Source: Octopus sinensis
Taxonomy: Eukaryota
NCBI RefSeq assembly: GCF_006345805.1
Contig: NC_043006.1
Span: forward strand, 48,670,001 to 48,734,000
DNA: 64,000 nucleotides
Reading direction: 5' to 3'
Shown: piece by piece, positions 28,481 to 39,105 of the stretch
How the letters are laid out: every line of letters begins with the position of its first letter
Position numbering within the stretch: the first letter of the stretch is position 1
The notes under the pieces: model-generated
Seen by the model: only the letters and a program-made list of their open reading frames with translations
The model's database searches: none
Told to the model about the DNA's origin: nothing
Program-made: the position numbers and the translations under genes

Positions 28481-29503
28481 GGCTAGAGTATGATAGAGGG
28501 GACACAAACAGGTTCTTACTGTAGAGGAAATACATGCCCCCTCCCCCAAATGGTAAACAAGAAATGAAGAGGAACCAAGGTGTATTCAAATTACATGAAG
28601 GCGAATATAGAAGTAGTACAAAAGAGTGGGAACAAGATGAATCATCATCATCATCGTCGTTTAACGTCCGCTTTCCATGCTAGCATGGGTTGGATGGTTT
28701 GACTGAGGACTGGTGAACTAGATGGCTGCACCAGGCTCCAATCTGATCTGACAGTTTCTACAGCTGGATGCCCTTCCTAATGCCAACCACTCTGAGAGTG
28801 TAGTGGCTGCTTTTACATGCCACAGCACGAGGGCCAGTCAGGCAGTACTGGCAGCAGCCATGCTCAAATGGTGCTTTTTATGTGTCACCTGCACAGGAGC
28901 CAGTCCAGCGGCACTGGCAACGGACTTGCTTGAATGTTTTTTCATGTGCCACCAGCCAGTAAGAGGTTGGTAAATTCACAAGAGAGAAAGGAGAATGACA
29001 GAGGGATAGAGATGAGTAAAAAGTTGCCTTCTCAGGTCATGCTGACTAATAGGGGTTCGATTTCCATTGCGTGTAAATTCTCCACCTGGATGAGACACCT
29101 GCCCATCACAGGATTACTTATTTTTGCAAGCTGAATGGACTGGAGCAACATGAAATGAAGTGACTTGCTTAAGAACACAATGTATTGCCCAGTCTAGAAT
29201 CAAAACCACAGTCTTACAATCATGGGTCCAACACCCTAACCGCTAAGCCACCCTAGAGTTGGGGATAGAGGTGAATCCAAGTGAGTGGAAAGTTACCTAT
29301 TTTATGGTCTGGGAAAAAGGACCCAAATACCTTAGCATGTTAAGAGACCATAATGTAGCATTCAGGAAACATTTAGATACAATACACATGAATGTTAAAT
29401 ATTATTCTCTCCAACACAATATAATTGCTTACTTCACATTCCAAGAAACTGGTTTTTCATTAAGGTCTTATGTTATCCCTACTTTTTTTTTTCTGTTATG
29501 CAG

Positions 29504-29649
29504 ACAGCAACTGAAAAATGGCTCCTTGTATATACAAAACGTCCAACACAGCAAGTCCAATGTTGGTGATGTTGGTGAATACCAATGTTTTGCTGAAGTG
29601 CCTAGCGTTGGAACGATTATCAGCAAACCGGCTCATGTACAAATTGCAC
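29504..29649 (+). CDS. DCC: DCC/neogenin exon: C-terminal half of Ig1 (QQLKNGSLYIQNVQHSKSNVGDVGEYQCFAEVPSVGTIISKPAHVQIA)
   Basis: Acceptor ttttctgttatgcAG|A (phase 2), donor CAC|GTAAGT (phase 1); NGSL.I and D.G.Y.C Ig motifs. Confidence 0.93.
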
Positions 29650-29837
29650 GTAAGTGTTCACTCCATGTCTCTTTTCTTTAGAGTCTTTTGTATTTTTTTT
29701 TATACTGTTAGTTCTTTTTTACTTTATTCCTATGCTACATTGTGGCTTTGCTTAGATACCACTTTCAAGGCTTTTACTCAAATCATACCTACCTTGATAC
29801 TTGTTTCAGTCAGGTATTTGTTGCATTAATTTCTTTG

Positions 29838-30350
29838 AGCCTCGCAGAGGCAATGACAAATGACTGCTTCACGGAGGCAATGACAAATGACTGCCTCACG
29901 GAGGCAATGACAAATGACCACCTCACGGAGGCAATGACAAAAGACTGCTTCACAGAGGTAATGACAAATGATTGCCTCACAGAGGCAATGACAAATGACT
30001 GCTTCCCGGAGGCAATGACAAATGACTACCACACAGAGACAATGACAAATGACTGCTTCCTGGAGGCAATGACAAATGACTGCCTCACGGAGGCAATGAC
30101 AAATGACTGCCTCACTGAAGCAATGACAAATGACCGCCACGAGGAGACAATGGCAAATGATGGCCTCACAGAGGCAATGACAAATGACCACCTCACGGAA
30201 GCAATGGCAAATGACCACCTCATGGAGGCAGTGACAAATGACTGCTTCACGGAGGCAATGACAAATGACCGCTTCATGGAGGCAATGGCAAATGACCACC
30301 TCATGGAGGCAATGACAAATGACTGCTTCATGGAGGCAATGACAAATGAC
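29838..30350 (+). repeat. 27-bp minisatellite, exactly 19 units (consensus tgcctcacggaggcaatgacaaatgac)
   Basis: 513 bp = 19 x 27; units differ by substitutions only; source of the EAMTNDCLT and VICHCLREA repeat ORFs. Confidence 0.95.
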
Positions 30351-30870
30351 TAACACCTTTGGCAATATGCCATGCTTGAACAGAACCATCAAGCCAAATG
30401 AGATGATAGTTATGGCAGATACTGGTGTCACACAACTGGTACATAAGAAGCACCCACTACATTAACGGTTGGCATTAGGAAAGGCATCCAGTCATAGAAA
30501 CCATACCAAATCAGACTGGAGTCTGGTGCAGCCCCTCAGCTTTCCAGCCCTAGTCAAACCATCCAACCCATGCCAGCATGGACAATAGACATTAAATGGT
30601 GATGATGAATGTTTATTATCTTTAACATAAAGGTATTGTTATCATCTAGGGCCTGTCTACTATTTCACCATTTTTATTATTTCATACTTGTGTTCTCCCA
30701 AATAAAAGCAACATACAACACTTGACTGACATTCAGTATAAGAGCACACCTTCTGGTGCAGGTCTGATGAAGTGCTACACTAATGTTTAAAAGCACAAAT
30801 ATTACATAACTTCTCACATGCATTCAGAGCCATTAAAACAGAGTGGCCTTGAAACAATTGTAAGTGGTCA

Positions 30871-31324
30871 TTAACCATTTAGTATTCAGATTACTCTGTC
30901 AAATATAATGCATATTTATTCCCATCATTCTTTATTAATCAGGAATTATCTCTTAGCCTTGAGATTTCAATGATATGATGGTTTCTTTTTAGAGTGACAT
31001 TGTAGGGAAGGTGAAAGAAGCTGGGTGTGGCTAGTTTGAACATAAAACACGTACAATATATGGGCCAGATTTGGCCGGTTTAACCCTTTCGTTACCAACC
31101 CGGCTGAAACTGGCTCTGGCTCTGTAATACAAATATCTTGTTTTCAAAAGTTTTGAATTAAAATCTTCCACCAAACCTTAGTCACAATTTATGTTCCTAA
31201 CACTAACTGAATGATAGCTAAGTTATTTTACTAAATTCTTTGTTACATTTAAAATCAACTGAAAGAAACACAGAGCATGTCAAAATAAATACAGTAACAA
31301 AAGGGTTAAATACTAATTGGTTAA
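30871..31324. mobile_element. TTAA-flanked MITE family E (ttaacc.tt.ag.attcag ... aatgctaaa.ggttaa) hosting a family D copy
   Basis: Other family E copies at 15385-15551, 17954-18179, 20187-20472 and 46587-46815. Confidence 0.7.
31080..31309. mobile_element. piggyBac-like MITE (family D), nested inside a family E MITE
   Basis: TTAA at 31080-31083 and 31306-31309; reverse complement of the 9995-10214 copy. Confidence 0.85.
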
Positions 31325-31378
31325 GGATGTGCTACACTCTTCTTTGTTTTTTTTTTTTTATTTGGATTGTATTTATAT

Positions 31379-31497
31379 CTGGTAAGCCAGAGAGCTGCAT
31401 CAGGTCCCAATCTGATTTGGCATGATTTCTAGGGCATCCGGCCATAGAAACCATGCCAAATCAGACTGGAACTTGGTGCAGCTCTCCGACTTACTAG
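31379..31497. repeat. Second fold-back inverted duplication in a SINE family C copy (50-53-bp arms, 13-nt loop)
   Basis: 31382-31431 is the reverse complement of 31445-31494 with about 7 mismatches; loop gggcatccggcca; the element tail continues to about 31555. Confidence 0.85.
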
Positions 31498-31580
31498 TTC
31501 CAGTTAAACTGTCTAACCCATGCTAGCATGGAAAACAGATGTTAAATGATGACAATATATGTTTTGTTTTTTTTTTCCAG

Positions 31581-31865
31581 ATATGGCCAAGATGTTCTCA
31601 ATCACACCCGAGACGCTCAAGGTTTACCTGGGTGACATAGCCATGTTCCAATGCTCCATTGACGGTATTCCTCAACCAAAATACTCCTGGTACAAGAACA
31701 ATGTCCTATTGAAACGATCCAATCACATAAAAATGTATTCAGATGGATTTCTAGAAATTACAAACGTGCGAGCAATAGATTTTGGAAAATATTATTGTGA
31801 GGCCAAAAACATGAATACAAGTCGTCGTAGTAGACCGGCTGTTTTGCAAGAAAACACAGATTTAG
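31581..31865 (+). CDS. DCC: DCC/neogenin exon: Ig2 (MAKMFSITPETLKVYLGDIAMFQCSIDGIPQPKYSWYKN...DFGKYYCEAKN...ENTDL)
   Basis: Acceptor tttttttccAG|AT, donor TTAG|GTAAGA; 285 nt, phase 1-1; complete I-set Ig pattern. Confidence 0.94.
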
Positions 31866-32686
31866 GTAAGATTCCCATTTTTGTCCCCCACCTTTGATTG
31901 ATTTCTTTGTAGTTTCTGTGCAGGTTTTGCTGTGCACTGAGGAATTTCACTTTGCAACTACATGGTTTCAGGTTCTGTTCTGCTTCATGCCATCTTGGCA
32001 ATTGTCTTGTGCTCTAGTCATGGTCTGACCAATGCCTTTGGGGCTAAATTATTTTCTAACTCTCAAACGAGTTGGGAAAAGATATATGTTTTGCTGTATT
32101 GAGGGCATGCATACACCAGGAGAGATCATCATTGATGGTGACATCCACCACCTAAAGTGACTGTAAGGGTTATAGTTACATGTTCATGTCCAGAATGAGT
32201 GAAATGTGATGTTTTCTTAAACAGGCCATGCCCCTCCTCTCTTGCATTTGACAGAATAATCATCATCAATCTTTTAACATCTGCTTTCCATGCTGGCATG
32301 GGTTGGACGGTTTGACATAGAGTTGGCTAGCAGGAAGCTGTCTAGACTCCTATTGCCTGTTGTGGCATGGTTTCTACAGTTGGATGTCCTTTCTAATGCC
32401 AACCCAAAGTATTCTGGGTGCTATTTGTGCGTCACCATCACAGGTGCATTTACACAGCACCAACATGCATGCGTTTACGCAGCACCAGCATGAGTGCTTT
32501 TTAAGTGGCGCCAGCACCCAAAAGGACAAGTCTGTATGTGTAGACGATAGTGATTTTACTTAGCTTTGACATACCTTATCAAATACAGTAAATCACCACA
32601 CCTCCCGGTCCCTTGTCATTTCCATAGTGAGGCCCAGCATCTGAAAATCCGTTCTCACCACATCATCCCATGAATGGTAAAGGGTT

Positions 32687-32890
32687 ACTCTTTTACTTGT
32701 TTCATTCATTTGACTGTGGTCATGCTGGAGCACCGCCTTTAGTCAAGCAAATCAACCCCAGGACTTATTCTTTGTAAACCTAGTACTTATTCTGTCGGTC
32801 TCTCTTGCCAAACCGTTAAGTGATTGGGACGTAAACAAACCAGCATCAGTTGTCAAGCGATGTTGGAGAGACAAACAGACACACAAACAT

Positions 32891-32976
<86 letters not shown>

Positions 32977-33128
32977 TACGACAGGCTTCTTTCAGTTTCT
33001 GTCTACCAAATCCACTCACAAGGCTTTGGTCAGCCCGAGGCTATAGCAGAAGACACTTGCCCAAGGTGCCATGCAGTGGGACTGAACCCGGCACCATGTG
33101 GTTTGTAAGCAAGCTACTTACCACACAG
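32687..33128 (-). mobile_element. SINE family A, reverse orientation, with expanded internal (TA)n
   Basis: Same tail, core and head motifs in reverse; ends about 390 bp upstream of the Ig3a exon. Confidence 0.85.
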
Positions 33129-33516
33129 TAACATTGATAAGTTATATTTAACCCTTGTGGTACCTGTCTAAAAGCCATGATTGTATAACCCTTAACAAAT
33201 CCCCGATGCAATTTGCAATGGAACTCTACTCTTACAATTATAACAGTGCTTGTAATAAATACTACACCCAAAGCTACCTCCAGGGAACCAGTCACTCAGC
33301 TTATCGACATGAAGTATCACAAGAACCCCTTCTGTCTCATTTCCCTATTTTGCTACCTCTACTGCAGTGATCTCTACTCTTCAGCACTGGTTGGTGTTAC
33401 GCCTTCTCAACATTATTAATTCATTGAATGTCATTAGGTAGCAAGGATTAGACAACTCATCTTAAATATTTAATTTAATGGTGTTTTTTTTTTTTTTCAA
33501 TTATTTTCATTTGCAG

Positions 33517-33679
33517 AAAGCATCCGTAAAGGTGTGGCACCTTCGTTTGTAATGAAGCCACAAGATGCTGAAGTGATCCGAGGTTCATTATTGGTGTTAC
33601 ACTGCGGGGCAAATGGTATTGATAGAAATGACGAAAGTCCGAAAATCACATGGCTGAAAGGTGGAGTTGAATTAGACAA
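33517..33679 (+). CDS. DCC: DCC/neogenin exon: N-terminal half of Ig3 (ESIRKGVAPSFVMKPQDAEVIRGSLLVLHCGANGIDRNDESPKITWLKGGVELD); absent from the ORF track
   Basis: Translated by hand. Acceptor ttttcatttgcAG|AA (phase 1), donor ACAA|GTAAGT (phase 2). Confidence 0.9.
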
Positions 33680-33726
33680 GTAAGTTTCACATGAGAAGTA
33701 TATGTGTGTGTATGTATGCATGTATC

Positions 33727-34038
33727 TATGGCTGGCTTAGTGGTTAGGGGCTCATGATCGTAAGGTTGTGAGTTCAATTCCCGGCGACGCGTTGTTTCCT
33801 TGAGCAAGATACTTTATTTCATGTTGCTCCAGTCCACTCAGCTGGCAAAAATGAGTAGTACCTGTATTTTAAAAGGGCTAGCCTTGTCACACACTGTGTC
33901 ACGCTGAATCTCCCCGAAAACTACGTTAAGGGTACACATGTTTGTGGAGTGCTCAGCCACTTGCACGTTAATTTCACGAGCAAGCTGTTCCATTGATCGT
34001 ATCAGCTGGGACCCTCGTCGTCGCAACTGACGGAGTGC
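33727..34038 (+). mobile_element. SINE family F variant directly downstream of the Ig3a exon
   Basis: tggcttagtggttagg...gagttcaattccc head; 3' part is the reverse complement of the left ends of the 4857 and 13390 copies. Confidence 0.72.
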
Positions 34039-34044
34039 TCCTAA

Positions 34045-34452
34045 ATGTTCATCAGATATTTTTGATAATATGGAATTTTTATAAACTGTGAGTATGTATA
34101 TTTAGCAGATACCAGTTCAATGAATAAATATTTTAATCTGAGTGGGTAGCTAACTTTGAAAAGGATGACAGTGGAGGTTGACTGTAGCAAAAGAATAAAT
34201 ATAAATAATAGTTGAATTGAAAAATTTCATGTAAAATTATATACAGAATATAATAGACTATGTCAAGAAATAAAAATTGGAAATGATCAAAAGGAATATA
34301 AAAGAAATAAAAAAAAAAGGAGAAATTTCTAATTTTTAGTTACCCAATCAGATTCAAATACTTGTTCGTTGAACTGGTATCCACAAAATATATTTACTCA
34401 CAGTTTATAAAATCTCTTTATTCTGTATTATCACAAGTGTCTAATGAATGGT
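34045..34452. mobile_element. Old AT-rich MITE-like element with long imperfect terminal inverted repeats
   Basis: 34078-34103 vs 34386-34411 match 24 of 26 as inverted repeats, with weaker extension outward. Confidence 0.55.
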
Positions 34453-36409
34453 CACATGAAACTCTGAGTAACAGTTTGTGAATTTATTTTTTTTTTTTTA
34501 CCACTTTAATAAAATAGTATGTGTGAATAAGAATTGATTTTCTGTTTTATCATTGTCATTTTATAAGATTTTTATCCATAATTTTTTTTAAATCCTTTTG
34601 TCTGTCAATAAAATCTCATTTTAGTATCAGCATTCTGAGACTTCAAAGTTCTGATATTATTTCCAATATGACTATGATAAATATTAACTTCCAAATATTT
34701 GACATCGCTCTTAAAATTGTATTAACTCAAAAGAAACTTTAATCTTTTGAGTTGAGAAAGGAAAGTTTTGAAGCTGCTCCATAGTTATAACAGCTCTCAA
34801 GTCAGTAGCTGTTGTTATTATATTATTATCATCATCATCATCATTATTATTATTATTATTATTCCATGGAAAAATGGAAGCATAGAAAGTAATATTCTTA
34901 AGATTATAAACCTGTAAAAGTACAGGACAAACTATTACTTCAAGTAAACTAAAGAATAAGAAACTTTTTACTTAAGATATTGCAGCTAAAATTAAAATTT
35001 GAAAGGTAAAAATTCTTTTATTATAGGTTACAAATAACACTATACTTATTTAAGTAGAATTTGGCTAATTTACTACCTTAAATACAGAAAAAAATGACTA
35101 ATTTGACAAACTTAGAAATTAGCTGAACATTTTTGTACAATAAATTTAAAAGATGAAAAGTGTAAAGAGTGATAAGTTAGAAGAACTGGCATTCTTTGCT
35201 GCAATATTTTAAGTAAAAAGTTTCTTATTGTTTACTTTACTAGAAGTGTATAAATGGCTTGTCCTATACTTTTCCAGGTTTATAATCTTATGAATATTAC
35301 TTTTCATGCTCGCATTTTTCCATGTTATCCATGATTTTTCCAGGCATTGCTATTATAAGGTAATTAATAATGTGTCAATTAATAATTTAAGATTTTACCT
35401 TATAAACTACTGAAAGATAATATTTCAATTTTTCCATGTAAGTGATAATATTTCAATTTTTTTCATGTTTAATCTAAGTATATGTTGTGATTGAATTATC
35501 TGATATTACTATCCACACCTAATTAATGGCAGGGATTTTTACCTTCTTGTTGGTTGCACCATGGCTCACCAAAAGTTACAAACAGCAAGACCCCCAAAAC
35601 TATTAAGTTACCAGGGTCACGTTAAGTAACCTAGATTTTGAGTTGGTGATAATAGCACTGACTGCTGCTAACCTAGATCTATCAATAATTATTCAATACA
35701 ACAGTAATTATAAAAGCATATCAGATATACACAAGTTAAAATTACCTACATCCCATTAATATAAATTAGATTTATGAAAAATCCCTTTTAATCAATTTTG
35801 AAATTTAAAAAGCAAATTTAGAATATAAGCACCACCCCCACCCAAAATTGTGCCTGAGGTGGGGGGTAACTTTCGAGGTGCAATCCTATGGTCTGTGTCA
35901 TGACTGAAGGGGGTCTCAGTAGATTCACAGTGGACAAAGTGCCTTCAGCTTTTTATTATGGCTCTTCATTATTTCAAATCCTAAGGCTGTTGCTACTACT
36001 GCTGCTGCTACTGCTACCTCAGAATCATTAGCACCTCAAACAAAATGTAGAGCAACATTTCTTTCTAGGTTCAAATTCTGTTCAGGATTACTTTGCCTTT
36101 TACTTCAAGGTTGTAAAGATTAATAAAGTGCCAGACAGGCACTCTGGTTGATGTAATCAACCAGACCCCTTCCTACCAAATTTCAGGCCTTGTCCCCTAT
36201 AGTAGAAAAGATTATCTCACATCCTGTCAAGGCCAACTGTGCTTTTCATGTTATTTAATGTAGCTAATTAACCATTTATATGTATTATGATTAATTAACT
36301 ATTTACATGCTGTTGATAGAATTAATATGCTATGACAATGAAGGCAGCTGCAACTTTTCTAATATTTAATTTTGATCCAAACAAGGCTTGAATCCACTGT
36401 AATGTAATG

Positions 36410-36780
36410 GACTACAAAGAAGGAACCAAAGAGGCCTGCAAATTCAAAAGCCTAAAAGACTGAATATCATAGAATAGAGGAAGACAAGACGATAGTAATG
36501 AGTTCCAGAGAGTAGTCGTTTCATGCAAGAAGCTATTAGAATAAAAGTACCATAAGTACCAGTCTGATACTGAGGTGGTGTTACTCAACTGTAGTTTTCC
36601 ATACACACACTTCCACCAATTGCAGCCCTTATACTTGTGTTAGAAATCATAGTGAAATATACTACCAGTGAGATGCGATCCTCTGACACATCTTGGAGGA
36701 CCATAACTTTGAATAAGAGCCAATTCAGATGGTAACAACCCATCCAAGCATAGAGATTATCGTTGTTATAATTTAACACT
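36410..36780 (-). mobile_element. LINE relic, CR1/L2/Jockey-like ORF2 C-terminus
   Basis: Minus-strand peptide YSNSFLHETTTLWNSLLSSCLPLFYDIQSF resembles the NSF..RT..LWNSLP..FP..Y....FK motif. Confidence 0.55.
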
Positions 36781-36984
36781 GATTTTTCATGTTGTCATGG
36801 GTTGGACATTTCGTTGTAACTGAAAATATAATTCATCTTTCTGTACAAAGCAGCAGCTACACCAAAAAAGTTTCATATTGTGATATTTCAATAAGGGTAC
36901 CTAAAAGCCACCGGTGTTATGTTTACCTGTTCATACAGTGCCAACTAGCTTCACTTCTTCTTGCCATGTCCACAATGTAGGACA

Positions 36985-37290
36985 TAGGCAATCATGTCCT
37001 ACCACAATTCTCTATTTTCTGTAACAGCTCCACTTCCTGATGTTAATACCTCATTCTTCCAACCATTTCTTTAAGCTTGACATCCATATCCCCCTTCTCT
37101 TTCTTCTACTTATTTTCCCTTCAATCTTCCCAGGCATTGTTAAATCCTCCTGTCCTCTCTTTGCTCATCACATGACCTCCTCACCACAGTTACTTGGCCC
37201 TTATCTCATTGAGCAGTTTCCCATTTAGATTGTATTGATTCCTTGTTAATGTATGCCACCCTCATCAAATTCTGCTGATTACACATAATT
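36985..37290 (-). mobile_element. LINE relic, RTE-clade ORF C-terminus
   Basis: Minus-strand peptides GHVMSKER and MPGKIEGKISRRKRRGIWM resemble the RTE motif GH.MR...LGKIEG.RRRGR..W. Confidence 0.6.
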
Positions 37291-37356
37291 TCACATTATT
37301 TACTGTTTTGTTTTTTAAAAGAATCATAAATCAAAATAATTATTATCTCATTTCAG

Positions 37357-37496
37357 TTCCAACAAGACATACAAAATTGTCGGTACCGGTAGCTTAGTTA
37401 TTCCCAACGTTCAAGAGAACAACAATGGCATTTACACTTGCCGGGCAAGCAATATGGAGGACTCTATAGATGCCCCAGCTTCAGTAAACGTCCTCA
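37357..37496 (+). CDS. DCC: DCC/neogenin exon: C-terminal half of Ig3 (NSNKTYKIVGTGSLVIPNVQENNNGIYTCRASNMEDSIDAPASVNVL); absent from the ORF track
   Basis: Translated by hand. Acceptor tctcatttcAG|T (phase 2), donor CTCA|GTAAGT (phase 1); G.Y.C motif. Confidence 0.9.
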
Positions 37497-38218
37497 GTAA
37501 GTAAAGTTGTTATGTATCTTGAGCTGCCTTCTTCCTTGTTTTCCTTTAGCATTCTCAGGAATGCTAAGTTTTATTAATTTTTACATGAGTCAATTCTGCA
37601 AATCCTATCACACGAATTAACTTTGTTAATTTTGTTGTTTGTGAATCAGCTTTGATAATCCTGGTGTATCAAAACCATTTTTTTCTTTTTTAAATCTGTT
37701 CTACAAGTGTCGATTTTGTGAGTCTTGTTATATGAGTCAACTTCATTGAACCTGCCATGTGTGACTCAACTTTGTTGATTCTGCTGCATAAGAGTCGACT
37801 CAACTTCGTTGATCCTGCTGTTAATCTAACTGCTTTGTTAATCTAACTGTGAAAGTCAGTTTTTATTCTGCCACAATTTTTAATCTGTTAACGCCGGCCA
37901 TCACTTGACAACCAATGCAGGTGTGTTTATGTCCCCATAACTTAGCGGTTCGGCAACAGAAACTGTTAGAATAAGTACTAGGCTTACAACGAATAAGTTC
38001 CGGGGTCAATTTCTTTCAACTAAAGCCCTTTAAGGTGATGCTCCAGCATGGCCACAGTCAAACGACCGGAACAAGTGAAAGAATAAAAGAAAATAGGATA
38101 TCAGAAGGATTAACCAATTTATACTTCTCTCCTTTAATAAGCATACACAGAACCTTTTATGATTTTTTTTTTTTTTTTTTTTTTTGTTTTTTACATGTTC
38201 CATTTCTTGCTTCTTCAG

Positions 38219-38494
38219 GTCCCCCCCAATTCAAGACAAAACCAAAGAATGCTGTAGCTCAAGTGAACTCAGAACAGATGTTTGAATGTGATATATACGG
38301 TGTCCCGCCGCCAAAAATCTATTGGATGAAGGATGGTAAAATGATAGAGACTGATGACTACTTCAAAATAGTTGATCACAAGAACCTGCGCATACTGGGT
38401 CTGCTGAAGGAAGATGAAGGAATGTACCAATGTTTTGGCAAGAACTATCTCGGTAGTATTCAGGCCAGTGCTCAGCTGGTAGTGAGGCCACATA
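38219..38494 (+). CDS. DCC: DCC/neogenin exon: Ig4 (SPPQFKTKPKN...FECDIYGVPPPKIYWMKDG...DEGMYQCFGKNYLGSIQASAQLVVRPH)
   Basis: Long poly-T tract then ttcttcAG|GT acceptor; donor CATA|GTAAGT; 276 nt, phase 1-1. Confidence 0.95.
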
Positions 38495-38779
38495 GTAAGT
38501 ATTCTGTGAAAGGTTAACACTTCTGACAACTTTTAGACTAATTCTTTAAATCTCTTTCAGCTTCATATCTGGTTCTGATTCATCACATGTGGAGTTCTTC
38601 ATTGAATAATAGGGAATAATTAGAATGTCTGCGATTGTGTGTATCAGAATATATGCATAGGTCAATGTGTGTGTGTGTGTGTGGTGTATGCATGTGTGTG
38701 TGTGTGTGGATAAGAGGTTTGTCTCTATTTATGTAAGCAAGCAGTTGAGGGGATGATGATAGTTTGGAGGTATTTATTA

Positions 38780-39105
38780 TTAGTTTCGTGGCACCTTGGG
38801 CAAGTGTCTTCTACTACAGCTTCAGGCCAACCAAAGCCTTGTAAGTGGATTTGGTAGAGGGAAACTGAAAGAAGCCTGTCGTATATATGCATATGTATAT
38901 ATATGTGTATATGTTAGTGTGTCTGTGTTTGTCCCCCCAACATCGCTTGACAACCAATGCTGGTGTGTTTACATCCCCGTAACTTAGTGGTTCGGCAAAA
39001 GGGACCAATAGAATAAGTCCTGGGGTCGATTTGCTCAACTAAGGGCGGTGGTCCAGCATGGCCACAGTCAAATGACTGAAACAAGTAAAGAGTAAAGAGT
39101 AAGAG
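38780..39105 (+). mobile_element. SINE family A, 5'-truncated
   Basis: Starts at gtggcaccttgggcaagt and runs to the aaagagt tail. Confidence 0.8.

Noticed and set aside
29742-30431. 203-aa EAMTND-repeat ORF and antisense VICHCL ORF as stand-alone genes, or the array as CRISPR
   Set aside because: Contiguous 27-bp units with no unique spacers, in a eukaryotic intron with no cas genes. Several frames are open simply because the unit is a multiple of 3.
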